From: an uncultured Gemmatimonadaceae bacterium
GTDB taxonomy: Bacteria > Gemmatimonadota > Gemmatimonadetes > Gemmatimonadales > Gemmatimonadaceae
Direction of reading: 5' to 3'
Length of the DNA: 64,000 nucleotides
Assembly: GCA_963790305.1 (NCBI GenBank)
Contig: CAWBOC010000010.1
Coordinates: 224,001-288,000, forward strand
Both the position numbers and the translations under genes were made by a program. Every line of letters starts with the position of its first letter. Position 1 is the first letter of the stretch. Below the pieces are notes generated by a model, which saw nothing but the letters and a program-made list of their open reading frames with translations, made no database searches and was not told the origin of the DNA. Of this stretch, positions 10,773 to 22,032 are shown in pieces.

Positions 10773-13700
10773 TGCCGGATGCAATCGCGCCGAGAGCGCG
10801 CCGCCGCTGTTCGAGCTGCTGCGGCCCGAGGCGACGGGCGTGACGTTCGTCAACGAGCTGCCGGAGAGCCGCGAGTTCAACATCCTGAACTATCTCTACT
10901 ACTACAACGGCGGTGGAGTGGCGGCGGGGGACATCGACAACGACGGGCTCACCGATCTGTACTTCACGTCGAACCTCGGGTCCGACCGGCTCTATCTGAA
11001 CAAGGGGAACTATCGGTTCGAGGACATCACCGAGACGGCCGGGGTGAAGGGACCGGACGGGTGGTCGAGCGGCGTCACCATGGCGGACGTCAATGGAGAT
11101 GGCCGTCTCGACCTCTACGTGTCGGCGGTCCACTACCTAACGATGACCGGCCGCAACGTCCTGTACGTCAACAATGGCGATCGGACCTTCACCGACCGCA
11201 CCACGGAATACGGGCTGGATCACGCCGGATACTCCACCCAGGCGGCGTTCTTCGATTACGACATCGACGGCGATCTGGACATGTATCTCCTCAATCACTC
11301 GATCCACATCGAGCGGTCGGTGAGCCAGAAGCCGCAGCGGTCGCCGCCGTCACCCGCGGGCGGGGGACAAGCTCTTCCGCAACGACGGCAACCGCTTCGT
11401 CGACGTGAGCGACAAGGCCGGGATCTACGGTGGCGTCGAAGGATATGGCCTCGGGGTCGTCGCCAGCGACCTGAACGTGGACGGATGCCCCGACCTCTTC
11501 GTCGCCAATGATTTTCAGGAGAGCGACTTCCTGTACATCAACAATTGCGACGGGACCTTCACCGAGTCGATCGGCCGGGCGATGGGGCACACCAGCCGAT
11601 TCTCGATGGGAGTCGACGCCGCCGACTTACAACAACGATGGGCGCCCGGACCTCATGGTGCTCGACATGCTCCCGGAGCGCGAGGACATCCTGAAGACGT
11701 CGGCGAACGCCGAAAACTTCAACATCTACGATCTGAAGGTGAAGGCGGGCTATCACCCTCAGTTCGCGCGCAACACCCTGCAGCTGAATCGCGGCGCTGG
11801 TCGATTCAGCGAGATCGGCTATCTGGCCGGCGTGTACGCGACCGACTGGAGCTGGGCGCCGCTCTTCGCCGACCTCGACAACGACGGCAACAAGGACCTG
11901 TTCATCACCAACGGGATTTACCGTCGTCCGAACGATCTCGACTACATCAACTACGTCAGCAACACCGAGTTCCAGCGGACGCTGGCCATGTCACTGCCCG
12001 ATCGCATCACCGAGCAGAACATGACGCTGCTGCAGCACATGCCGCAGATTCCGCTGGCGAGCTTCGCGTTCCGCAACAACGGCGACCTGACGTTCACCAA
12101 TCAGGCGGAGGCGTGGGGGCTGGCGCAGCCGGGCTTCTCGAATGGTGCGGCGTACGCCGACTTGAACAACGACGGTGCGCTCGATCTCGTGGTGAGCAGC
12201 GTCAACGGGCCAGCGAGAATCTACCGGAGTCGCGCGAGGGAGAATGGAGGCCACTTCCTGACGGTGCGACTCGAGGGCGAGGGAGCGAACACCGCGGGAG
12301 TCGGCGCCAAGGTCATCGTCCGGCATGGCGCCATTCGACAGCTGCTGGAGCAGATGCCGACTCGCGGCTTTCAGTCGTCGGTCGAGCCGCGCCTTCACTT
12401 CGGGCTCGGTCCGGCGCAGACGATCGACTCGCTCCTCGTGGTGTGGCCGGATCGGCGCTTCCAGGTGCTCACCAACGTCAGTGCCGATCGTGCGCTCACG
12501 CTGTCGCAACGCGATGCCGCTGGGCGGTACGCATATGCACCGCCGACGCCCGGCGCCAGTGTTCGCCGATGTCACGACCGACGCCGCCATCGACTTCACG
12601 CATCGCGAGAACACGTTCTTCGACTACAACCGCGAGCCCTTCATCCCGCATCGGGTCTCGACGGAAGGGCCGGCGCTCGCCACGGGTGATGTCAACGGCG
12701 ACGGGCTCGATGACATCTACGTCGGCGGCGCGAAGTGGCAGGCGGGCGGCCTGTTCGTGCAGCAGCGAGACGGGGGCTTCCGCGCGAGCAACCGGGGCGT
12801 GTTCGGCGCCGATAGTCTGCATGAGGACGTCGACGCGGCGTTCTTCGACGCAAACGGCGACGGGTACGCCGACCTGTACGTGGTGAGCGGCGGCAACGAG
12901 TTCTGGGGAGAGGAAGAAGCGCTACGCGACCGCCTCTACCTGAACGATGGCCGAGGCAACTTCCGACGCGCGACCGACGCTCTTCCTGCGATCTTCGAGA
13001 ACGGATCAGCCGTGGTCCCGGCCGATTACGATCGCGACGGTGACGTCGATCTTTTCGTAGGGAGCCGCGTCGTCGCCCGCGGCTACGGCCTTGCCCCGCG
13101 CAGCCATCTGCTTCAGAACGACGGTAAAGGGCGGTTTGCCGACGTGACGGGCGAGAAGGCGCCGGAGCTCGCCACGGTCGGGATGGTGTCATCGGCGACG
13201 TGGACCGACTACGACGGCGACTCCCGTCTCGATCTCGTGGTCGTCGGCGAGTGGATGCCGGTGACCGTAATGCGGAATTCGGAAGGCGGAAAACTACAGA
13301 AGGTCCGGATCTCCGGTCTCGAGCACAGCGACGGCTGGTGGAACACCGTCACCGCCGCCGACGTCAACGCCGATGGTCGCGCCGACCTCGTGCTTGGCAA
13401 TCTCGGGCTCAACTCGTACATCCGTGCCTCGCAGGATGGGCCCGCGCGGCTCTACGTCCATGATTTCTTTCAGACCGATGCGCTCAAGCAGGTCCTCACG
13501 TTCTACAAGAATGGCGTGAGCTATCCGCTCATGGGGCGCGACGACTTCGTGCGGACGATGCCGCAGCTGCGCAGCAAATACGACTCGTACGCGAAGTTCG
13601 GGGCGGCACGTATCGAGGACATCTTCCCGCGCGAGCAGCTCGAGAAGGCAACCGTTCTCGAGGCGCACCAGTTCGCGAGCGCCATCGCGCTCAACAAGGG

Positions 13701-14109
13701 CAACGGAGGATTCGACCTCCAGCCGCTGCCTGCCGAAGCGCAGTTCGCGCCCGTGTACGCCACGATGGCCGAGGATTTCGATGGCGATGGCCGCGTCGAC
13801 ATCCTGCTCGGCGGCAACTTCGACGGGGTGACGCCCCTGCTCGGGCGATACGACGCGAGCTATGGCCTGCTGCTTCGCGGGGACGGGACAGGCCGTTTCG
13901 CTTCGATGGATCTCGCCGAGAGCGGGTTGCTCATCGAGGGGCAGGTGCGCGACATGAAGCCGCTAAGACATGTGACGGGGCGCGTGATCGTGGTCGCGCG
14001 AAACGACGACCGCCTTCAGCTGCTGCGGACGCTCCGGGGTTCCGGCCTAACGCGGGTCAGTGCGCAGGCTTCAGCCGACGCTGGACGGCCGCGCTCGTCA
14101 GCTCCCTGA
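10717..14109 (+). CDS. Second FG-GAP/VCBS-repeat ASPIC/UnbV lipoprotein; frameshifts near 11355, 11627, 12553
   Basis: AGGGAG then ATG 10717; lipobox LAGC; YYYNGGGVAAGD, ATDWSWAPLFADLDNDG, PTRGFQSSVEPRLHFGLG; paralogous to 2900-6435. Confidence 0.87.
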
Positions 14110-14776
14110 GGGCGTCCTTTCCCACCCAGCGCGACGCACGGTCGGGCGACTCTGCCAGGCGCGTCGCCACGGCGACGGAGGCGGTGTTGAGACCCTTGTT
14201 CCGCCTGCCCACGCTCCGCACCGCCCAACTCACCGCTTTCTTGACGAAGTTGCGCTCGTCGGTCGCGGCGTTCTCGATGAGACGAAGGGACCGCACGAAG
14301 GGCGCATCGCCTTCCTTCTTGTCATGAAGCGCGACGCTCGCCAGCAGCGCGAATGCCGCGCGCTTGACGAACTCGTCGCGCTTGCCGCTCCATTGCTCGA
14401 TCTTGCGCCAGGCGTGTGGAGTGCGATCGAACAGGTGAAAGCAGAGGTGATCGCAGATCGCCCAGTTGTCGAAGTCGCGTGCCCAGCGGTCCATTTGTGC
14501 CGGGGTGACGCGATCGGGCTCATCGACGAACGCCGCGAGCATGCGGGCCTCGTACCACCCGGTCTCCCACAGGGCGGCCGCGAGCTCGTGATCGCGGCCG
14601 AGGCTCTTGCCGAGCAGGCGAATGTTGGCGACCGATACCCCGAACGCATTCGGCGCCACGATCGCATACCGGGCCATTCCGTCGCGGTTCTTTTTCGTTC
14701 CCTTACGCTCGAGCCAGGTCAGCGCTTCGCGGACTCGATCGGTGGTGGGCGCCTTCGCGGTTTTTGATTTTGCCAT
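14057..14776 (-). CDS. DNA alkylation repair protein (AlkD-like)
   Basis: LWETGWYEARMLA, DFDNWAICD, DERNFVKKAVSWAVRSVG. Confidence 0.85.
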   Translation of the reverse strand: MAKSKTAKAPTTDRVREALTWLERKGTKKNRDGMARYAIVAPNAFGVSVANIRLLGKSLGRDHELAAALWETGWYEARMLAAFVDEPDRVTPAQMDRWARDFDNWAICDHLCFHLFDRTPHAWRKIEQWSGKRDEFVKRAAFALLASVALHDKKEGDAPFVRSLRLIENAATDERNFVKKAVSWAVRSVGRRNKGLNTASVAVATRLAESPDRASRWVGKDALRELTSAAVQRRLKPAH

Positions 14777-14845
14777 GACCGCCGGATCGTCGCTGGACTG
14801 GTCGTCGGCGTCAAGATGCGGCTATTTGGCTCGCGATCGCCGGGG

Positions 14846-15047
14846 TTTTGGAACCGCAGAATGGCCGCAGAAGGCCGCAGATGCTTCACTGCGAATGGGA
14901 CAGGCTCCATGCGAGATGAAGTTCCCAAGGCTCCTTGGTCACAACTGCGCGGAATCAGGTCGGGCGCCAGGGCCATCTGCGTCATTTGCGTTCATCTGCG
15001 GCCAACAAAGCCTTTGCGGCCTTCTGCGGCCATCTGCGGTTCCAAAA
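14846..15047. repeat. Palindromic element with tandem GGCCGCAGA(A) arms in a divergent intergenic region
   Basis: ttttggaaccgcagaatggccgcagaaggccgcaga...tgcggccttctgcggccatctgcggttccaaaa. Confidence 0.8.
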
Positions 15048-15097
15048 AAAAAGTCGAGCACATACACCAGCCAAAGCACTGACACAGCGAGGCGGCA

Positions 15098-15715
15098 ATG
15101 CGGGGTTACAACTTCACCGAGCGCGTTCGGAAGGTTCTCGCGATGGCCCGCGAGGAGGCCTTTCGTCTCAAGCACGAGTACGTGGGCACCGAGCACATTC
15201 TGCTCGGCCTCGTCCGCGAGGGGGAGGGCGTTGCGGCGGCCGTCCTGCAGAACCTGCGGATTGATCCCGACGACGTCGTCGAAAGCCTCGAGAAGCACGT
15301 CAAGAAAGGGATCTCCGCGCACTTCACCGGGCCCGATCTCCCCTACACCACGCGGGCGAAGAAAATACTGGAGTTCGCCATGGCCGAGGCGCACGAGCTC
15401 GGTCACAGCTATGTCGGCACGGAGCACATACTGCTCGGCCTGATCCGGGAAGAACGCGGGCTCGCGGCGCAGGTCCTCACGGCTCTTGGTGCCGGCCTCG
15501 AGGCCGTGCGCGCGGAGACCCTCAGACTCCTCGGTACGCGCGTACCGGGACGCCGTGATGCCGCGACGCGCATGGAGGGGAAGGGCACGCTTCAGCCAAC
15601 CCTGTTCACCGTTCAGGTCGACTACGAGGACGGCCGTTGGTCCGAGCACACGTTCGAGCGCGCTGAAGAGGCGATCGTTTTTCTCAAGAGCCTCTCCTCG
15701 CCTGAGCAGCGTTGA
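15098..15715 (+). CDS. Stand-alone Clp N-terminal (double Clp_N repeat) protein without AAA+ domains
   Basis: YNFTERVRKVLAMAREEA; two YVGTEHILLGL repeats; no Walker motifs. Confidence 0.88.
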   Translation: MRGYNFTERVRKVLAMAREEAFRLKHEYVGTEHILLGLVREGEGVAAAVLQNLRIDPDDVVESLEKHVKKGISAHFTGPDLPYTTRAKKILEFAMAEAHELGHSYVGTEHILLGLIREERGLAAQVLTALGAGLEAVRAETLRLLGTRVPGRRDAATRMEGKGTLQPTLFTVQVDYEDGRWSEHTFERAEEAIVFLKSLSSPEQR

Positions 15716-15879
15716 CCCTTTCGACGGCGGACGGTATGCTCAGGACAAGGCGTTCAGGACGCCTCCAGTCCGCGGAGAGGACCGAGTCCACCTGGTTGGC
15801 CTAACGATCGATCCTGGGTTCTCACGAACCTCCTTGGCCCCACGCAGCGGACAGCGGGCCGGTCCAAAGGAGGCTCGTC

Positions 15880-17142
15880 ATGCCAGCTCGACACCTGCCC
15901 GTTCGTCCCAATCTCGACCAGCTGAAGCACCAGGCAAAAGACCTGCTCCGCGCCATCCGCCAGCGTGAGCCGGACGCGATCGCCGACCTGATCGCCTTCC
16001 ACCCCGAAAAGATCGACCCGGCGTCCGCCAGGCTCGCCGATGCGCAGCTCGTCCTGGCGCGCAGCTACCAGGCACCGAGTTGGCCACGGCTCGCGCAGGC
16101 ATGCGCGCTCATCGACGCGATCTGGCGCGACGACGTGGACACCGTGCGGGAGCTCGTCACGAAAGATCCTCGGCTGATTCATGAGGAGACCTTGATCCGA
16201 CGCGGGAATTGGGGACCGCCGCTTACCTATGCGGCGAACCTTGGGCACGACCGCATTATCAAGATGCTCCACGAGCGAGGTGCGACCGACCTGGCGTCGG
16301 CGATCGATCGTGCGACGCTGCAGAGCAAGATCGGAACTGCCCGGATGCTCCACGAGATGGCGGGATCTCCGCCACCGCCCTCCGATGCGCTCGAGGGCCC
16401 AGCGTACACGCTGAGCTCATCGGGTACGGCGCTTCAGCTCGAGCTCGGCGCGCGCGTGCACGACGCCGAGGGCAGGCCGATTGCCCCAGTCCACGTCGTC
16501 CTCGAAACGGACAGCCGAAGGCCGTCGGCCAAGCACGAAATTCTCGAGATGTACGCGCAGGACGGCCTCGAGCTGCCCGATACGCCCACGATGGCGCTTC
16601 ATCGCGGCCGGATCGATCTGCTCGAGAAGCATTCGAGTCGAGATCCTGGGTTGCTGCGGCGCACGTTCGCGCACGAGGCGATTTATCCGCCTGAGTGGGG
16701 GTGCCATGATGAGGTGCTCGCGACCCAGGGGACGCCCCTGAAGGGGACGACGCTTCTTCATATGTGCGCGGACTACGACGAGATCGAGATCGCGCGCTGG
16801 CTGCTCGACCGCGGCATGGACGCCGACGCGAAAGCCGAGGTCGACGCCGAGGGCTTCGGCGGGCATACCGCGCTCTTCGGGACGGTCGTGTCGCAGCCGG
16901 CTTTCTGGATGAACCGCCGTGCCAGCCAGGATGCGCCGTTCACACGGCTGCTGCTCGACCATGGCGCCGATCCGAATGCGCGGGCTTCCTTGCGAAAGCA
17001 GCTCCACCCGGGGTACGGCGAAGACACACTGCACGAGTATCGGGACGTCACGCCGCTGGCCTGGGGTGAACGGTTTCACGACAAGCGCTTCGTCAGCCAA
17101 CCGGCGATGCAGCTTATCGCGCAGCGGGGCGGGCACCGGTGA
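15880..17142 (+). CDS. Ankyrin-repeat protein
   Basis: N-terminal LPVRPNLDQLKHQAKDLL; ankyrin-like GTTLLH..., GHTAL..., LLLDHGADPNAR. Confidence 0.8.
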   Translation: MPARHLPVRPNLDQLKHQAKDLLRAIRQREPDAIADLIAFHPEKIDPASARLADAQLVLARSYQAPSWPRLAQACALIDAIWRDDVDTVRELVTKDPRLIHEETLIRRGNWGPPLTYAANLGHDRIIKMLHERGATDLASAIDRATLQSKIGTARMLHEMAGSPPPPSDALEGPAYTLSSSGTALQLELGARVHDAEGRPIAPVHVVLETDSRRPSAKHEILEMYAQDGLELPDTPTMALHRGRIDLLEKHSSRDPGLLRRTFAHEAIYPPEWGCHDEVLATQGTPLKGTTLLHMCADYDEIEIARWLLDRGMDADAKAEVDAEGFGGHTALFGTVVSQPAFWMNRRASQDAPFTRLLLDHGADPNARASLRKQLHPGYGEDTLHEYRDVTPLAWGERFHDKRFVSQPAMQLIAQRGGHR

Positions 17143-17155
17143 TAGCCGGGATGGG

Positions 17156-17288
17156 GCAACAGCGTTTTTTTACCGCAGAGGGCGCAGAGGACGCGGAGGC
17201 AACGTCAACTGCAAAGGCCTTTGGAAAAGCCCTCGCCGTTGACGTTCCTCCGCGTCCTCTGCGCCCTCTGCGGTAAAAATGCTGTTGC
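17156..17288. repeat. Palindromic element, family B copy 1 (CGCAGAGG-type arms)
   Basis: About 50 bp near-perfect inverted arms around core actgcaaaggcctttggaaaagccctcgccg. Confidence 0.88.
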
Positions 17289-17407
17289 GGGCCAAGCCGT
17301 ACCGACTGTCTCGTTAGGCGGGTATGCACTGGCGCCCTCGCCCCCGCACGACCATCATTTGCCCAGTTACCACCCTTAGAAGAACGGCTGGAGCGGAGGC
17401 TCCCCCA

Positions 17408-17587
17408 TTGGCCAGAAAACCCAACTACGGCTTCGAAAAGCGAAAGAAAGAGATGGACCGAAAGGCGAAAAAGGACGCCAAGCGCGAGGACCGCCGGCGG
17501 AGGGAGGAAGAGGCCCGGGGCGATGAGGCCGGAGAATCCTCGCCGCCCGCCGATAGTGAGCCCGGGAGCCAACCAGCCGAGCCATGA
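17408..17587 (+). CDS. Small charged hypothetical protein (59 aa, MARKPNYGFEKRKKEMDRKAKK...)
   Basis: GGAGG then TTG at 17408; stop overlaps the next ATG (ATGA). Confidence 0.6.
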   Translation: MARKPNYGFEKRKKEMDRKAKKDAKREDRRRREEEARGDEAGESSPPADSEPGSQPAEP

Positions 17588-20124
17588 CTCCCCGAGACGG
17601 CCCCTCGGCGACGATCTTCGCGCCCTTCTCCGGGATCCTCGTTCCCCTCGATGACGTCCCGGATCCCGCGTTCGCGCAGCGGCTCGCTGGCGACGGGATC
17701 GCGATCGACCCGCTCGACCAGCGGGTCGTGGCACCCTGCGACGGGCGCGTGCTCCAGGTGCATCGCGCCGGTCACGCGCTCACGCTGTCCGCGTTCGGGC
17801 TCGAGATCCTCATCCACGTGGGGCTCGATACCGTCAAGCTGAAGGGCAAGGGATTCAAGGCCCGGGTGAAGGCGGGCGACGAGGTCCGAAAAGGCGAGGA
17901 GCTGATGACGTTCGACGCCGACTACATCGCGACGAACGCGCTCAGCCTGATCTCGCCGGTGCTGGTGACGAACATGGACCGCGTCACGTCGCTCCGTCCC
18001 CGAACGGGGAAGGTCCGCGCCGGGGACCTCCTGCTCGAGATCGGCACCGGCGGCATCGCCACGCCGCAGGGCACCGATCTCCTGCGCGACGCCGTCCGTT
18101 CGGCGCCCGTCGTGATCACGCACGAGTCCGGACTGCATGCCCGCCCAGCGGCCGTCGTCGCCGCGGCGGCCCGCCAGTTCACGTCCGACGTCAGGCTCGT
18201 CAAAGGCGACCGCGAGGCGAACGCGCGGAGCCTCGTGTCGATCATGGCCCTCGAGGTCGGGCGGGGCGACTCGGTGACCGTCGTGGCTCGGGGCGAGGAT
18301 GCACAGCAGGCCATTGCCGGGATTACGCGGACGCTTTCTGCCGAACCCGCCGCGCACGGCGCGGCGCCGACGGCCAAGCGGCAACCGGAACGCTCCGCGG
18401 CAGCGCCCAGAGGCGCGGCGCCACCGTCGCGCGATGATGGAGCGTTGCGAGGCGTGCCGGCGTCTCCGGGCGTCGCGGTCGGGCAAGTGTTTCAGCTCCG
18501 ACACGACGACGCCGTCGTCGAGGAGCGCGCCGCGGACGCCAACCACGAGCGGCGCGAGCTCGAGGCGGCGATCGCTTCCGCACACCTTCAGCTCGAGGCC
18601 ATGCGCTCGCGTATGGCCACTGAAGCCGATGCCGATCGGGCCGCCATCTTCGCCGCGCACCAGGAGCTGCTCGAGGATCCCGAGGTGCTTGACGCCGCCG
18701 CGGAGCACATACGGGAGGGGGCGAGCGCGGCCTTCGCCTGGCGCGAGGCGTACACCGCGCAGTCGGACCGGCTCGCGGCTCTTGCGAACCCGCTGCTCGC
18801 TGGCCGCGCTGCCGACCTTCGTGATGTCGGCCGGCGCGTGCTCCACCTGCTCGTCGGCCGGGATGACACGCCCCACGATGTGCCAGCCGACTCGATCATC
18901 GTCGCCGAGGACCTCGCGCCGTCCGATGCGGCGACGCTGGATCGCACCCGGGTGCGCGGTTTCTGCACGACGATGGGAAGCGCCACATCCCACGTCGCCA
19001 TTCTCGCCCGCGGACTTGGCATTCCGGCGGTCGCTGGCATCGATCCGCGTGTGCTCGACATCCCGAACGCGACGCGCGTGATACTCGATGGCGACGCTGG
19101 CACGCTGCAAATGGGCCCGACTGCTGCCGAGGAAGGGGAGATCGCGAAGAGGCAGGCGGTGGCGGCGCGGCAGCGGACTGCTGAGCTCGCCGTCGCCTTC
19201 GAGGCGGCGGTCACACGGGATGGCCATCGCGTCGAAGTCGTCGCCAACATCGGCGACGAAAAAGAGGCGCGAGAGGTTGCCGAGGTCGGCGGCGAGGGTG
19301 TCGGGCTTCTGCGCACGGAGTTTCTCTTCATGGAGCGGCGCACGGCACCTGACGAGGAAGAGCAGACGCGCACGTACGAAGCGATCGCGCGCGCGCTCGG
19401 CCCCGATCGCATCCTCGTCATTCGCACGCTCGATGTCGGCGGCGACAAGCCTCTGCCGTACATGCCGATGGGGGCGGAGGCCAACCCGTTCCTCGGCGAG
19501 CGCGGAGTGCGACTGTCGTTGAATCGCCCCGAGTCATTCCGGGCGCAGATTCGCGCGATTCTTCGCGCGTCGAAGGTGGGGAAGGTCGCGATGATGTTTC
19601 CAATGATCTCGACGCTCGCGGAGTGGCGCACGGCGCGCCAGCTGGTCGAGGAGGAGCGCGCGAAGCTTGGCGTCCCACGCATTCAGGTTGGCATCATGGT
19701 CGAGACGTCATCGGCGGCCCTCATGGCCGATCGCTTCGCCGAAGATGCCGACTTTTTCTCGATCGGGACGAACGACCTCACGCAGTACACGCTGGCGATG
19801 GATCGGACGAATCCGCGCCTGGCGGCGCAGGTCGACGCCCTGCATCCGGCCGTGCTGCGGCTCATCGAGCACACGGTCGCGGGCGCGCGCAAGCACAAGC
19901 GATGGGTGGGCGTGTGCGGTGCCCTTGCCGGCGATCTTCAGGCGGTTCCGGTGCTGGTAGGCCTCGGCATCGATGAGCTGAGCGTGAGCGTGCCGATCGT
20001 GCCGGCGGTGAAGGCGCGCGTGCGCTCACTGCTTCTGTCGGAGTGCACGGAAACCGCTCGTCAGGCGCTGGATGCCGCTGATGGGTCCGAGGTCCGTGCG
20101 TTGGTGGCGAAGCGCCATACCTGA
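17584..20124 (+). CDS. PTS multiphosphoryl transfer protein EIIA(Glc)-HPr-Enzyme I fusion
   Basis: [13 protein letters not shown]; HPr [42 protein letters not shown]. Confidence 0.95.
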   Translation: MTPRDGPSATIFAPFSGILVPLDDVPDPAFAQRLAGDGIAIDPLDQRVVAPCDGRVLQVHRAGHALTLSAFGLEILIHVGLDTVKLKGKGFKARVKAGDEVRKGEELMTFDADYIATNALSLISPVLVTNMDRVTSLRPRTGKVRAGDLLLEIGTGGIATPQGTDLLRDAVRSAPVVITHESGLHARPAAVVAAAARQFTSDVRLVKGDREANARSLVSIMALEVGRGDSVTVVARGEDAQQAIAGITRTLSAEPAAHGAAPTAKRQPERSAAAPRGAAPPSRDDGALRGVPASPGVAVGQVFQLRHDDAVVEERAADANHERRELEAAIASAHLQLEAMRSRMATEADADRAAIFAAHQELLEDPEVLDAAAEHIREGASAAFAWREAYTAQSDRLAALANPLLAGRAADLRDVGRRVLHLLVGRDDTPHDVPADSIIVAEDLAPSDAATLDRTRVRGFCTTMGSATSHVAILARGLGIPAVAGIDPRVLDIPNATRVILDGDAGTLQMGPTAAEEGEIAKRQAVAARQRTAELAVAFEAAVTRDGHRVEVVANIGDEKEAREVAEVGGEGVGLLRTEFLFMERRTAPDEEEQTRTYEAIARALGPDRILVIRTLDVGGDKPLPYMPMGAEANPFLGERGVRLSLNRPESFRAQIRAILRASKVGKVAMMFPMISTLAEWRTARQLVEEERAKLGVPRIQVGIMVETSSAALMADRFAEDADFFSIGTNDLTQYTLAMDRTNPRLAAQVDALHPAVLRLIEHTVAGARKHKRWVGVCGALAGDLQAVPVLVGLGIDELSVSVPIVPAVKARVRSLLLSECTETARQALDAADGSEVRALVAKRHT

Positions 20125-20176
20125 CCCCTGGGGTCAGGAGTCAGGGTCGGGGGGTTGTAGGGGAGAGGAGTCAGGT
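20122..20176. repeat. Short GGAGTCA/GGGTCAG heptamer-repeat remnant
   Basis: tgacccctggggtcaggagtcagggtc...ggagtcagg; same unit as 56774-56927. Confidence 0.5.
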
Positions 20177-20210
20177 TGTCCCTAGTTCCTTTGTCTCTCT
20201 GGAGACCGAT

Positions 20211-21999
20211 ATGAGCGTGGGGCGAGCCGCTTTCGGGTGGCTGCAGAAGATCGGGAAGTCGCTCATGCTGCCGGTGTCGGTGCTGCCAGTGGCGGGCATT
20301 CTGCTCGGCGTCGGCAGTGCGAAGTTCGCGTGGCTGCCCGAGACGATGTCGAACGTCATGGCGCAGGCGGGCGGCGCCGTCTTCGGCAACCTGCCGCTGA
20401 TCTTCGCCATTGGCGTCGCGCTCGGCCTAACGGGTAACGATGGAGTGGCGGCGCTGGCGGCGGTGGTCGGCTTCGCGGTGATGGTGGCGACGATGGGTGT
20501 GATGGCGCCCCTCGTCGGCTACGAGCCGCGCCAGATCATGGGCATCCCGTCGATCGAGACGGGGGTGTTCGGCGGTATTCTCATCGGCGCGGTCGCGGCG
20601 ATCCTGTTCAACCGATTCTTCAAGGTACAATTACCACCGTATCTCGGATTCTTCTCCGGAAAGCGGTCGGTGCCGATTCTCACCGCGTTCGCGGCGGTGC
20701 TGGTGGGAATCGTCTTGAGCTTCATCTGGCCCCCGATCGGCCGGCAGATCGATGTGTTCTCGCACTGGGCGGCGACGAGCAGTCCGCAGATCGCGTTCGC
20801 GGTATACGGCGTCGTGGAGCGGTCGCTGATTCCATTCGGTCTGCACCACATCTGGAACGTCCCGTTCTTCTTCGAGGTCGGGCAGTACATCGAGCCGGGA
20901 ACGGGGAAGATCATCCGCGGCGAGATCTATCGATTCACGGCGGGTGACCCGACAGCGGGCAATCTCGCCGGCGGCTACCTGTTCAAGATGTGGGGACTGC
21001 CGGCGGCGGCGCTGGCGATCTGGCGAACGGCGCGCCCCGAGAATCGCAAGAAGGTCGGCGGTATCATGATATCCGCCGCCTTGACGTCTTTCCTCACGGG
21101 TATCACAGAGCCAATCGAGTTCGCGTTCCTGTTCGTTGCGCCGGTGCTGTACGGGATTCACGCGCTGTTGGCCGGCGCAGCCTACTACCTGTGCGTCGAG
21201 CTCGGCATTCGGCACAGCACGACGTTTTCGCACGGATTGATCGATTACATCGTGCTCTTCCCGAATTCGCAGCGTGGCTTGTGGTTCCTGTGGCTCGGTC
21301 CGCTGTGGGCGCTGATGTACTACGGCTTGTTCCGGACGATGATCGTGAAGATGAATCTCAAGACGCCCGGGAGAGAGTTGGAGGACGTCACGACGCCAGC
21401 GGTGGAGGGGCCTGCCGGCGCGGGTGGGGACGGGATGGCTCCGGGACTCGTGGCGGCGTTCGGTGGGGCGGGGAACATCAAGAATCTCGACGCGTGCATC
21501 ACGCGACTCCGCGTCGACTTGAACGACGTGTCGAAGGCGAGCCCGGCGGCGCTCAAGGCGTTAGGCGCATCCGGTGTCATGCAGGTAGGGAACGGTATGC
21601 AGGCGATCTTCGGCACGCGGTCGGAGAATCTCAAGACCGCAATGGAAGAGTACATGCGCGGCGCCGGTGCGACTGTCACTGCGCCGCCGGTCGTGGCGCC
21701 GGGGCCGCGCACAGTCTGTTGTCCGAGTCGAGCCTACCGCCGAGGATCGCGCGCGCGCGGCGACGATCGTCGAGGCGCTAGGGGGCTACGACAACATCGT
21801 GCAGGTCGAGCCGGTGGCGTTGACTCGGCTTCGAGTCGAGGTGAGAGACCCATCACGCGTCCGCAAGGCTGCGCTGGAGAACGCGACGGGCGGCGTGCTC
21901 TCGGCGTCGGACCGCGTGCTGCACGTCGTTGCTGGGCAAAGCGCCGAGCGGTATGCGGCGGCGATCGAAGCCGCTGGTGGTGTAGCCGCGGGGAGGTGA
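20211..21999 (+). CDS. ptsG: PTS glucose-family IICB permease with an extra C-terminal IIB-like domain; frameshift near 21720
   Basis: [50 protein letters not shown] motif [10 protein letters not shown]; second IIB-like ALGGYDNI...ALTRLRVEV in the next frame. Confidence 0.85.
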
Positions 22000-22032
22000 C
22001 CAGGAGGATTCGCTGGCCACCTCCCTCGGCGC

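Noticed and set aside
14057..14109. Functional overlap between the ASPIC-2 and AlkD-like 3' ends
   Set aside because: A short convergent overlap of low-information tails is common and may reflect a lost stop.
17425..19227. Long antisense ORFs (600 aa here; also 32578-34083, 40337-41722, 59979-61205)
   Set aside because: Shadow frames of well-supported genes, expected in high-GC DNA, with no recognisable motifs.
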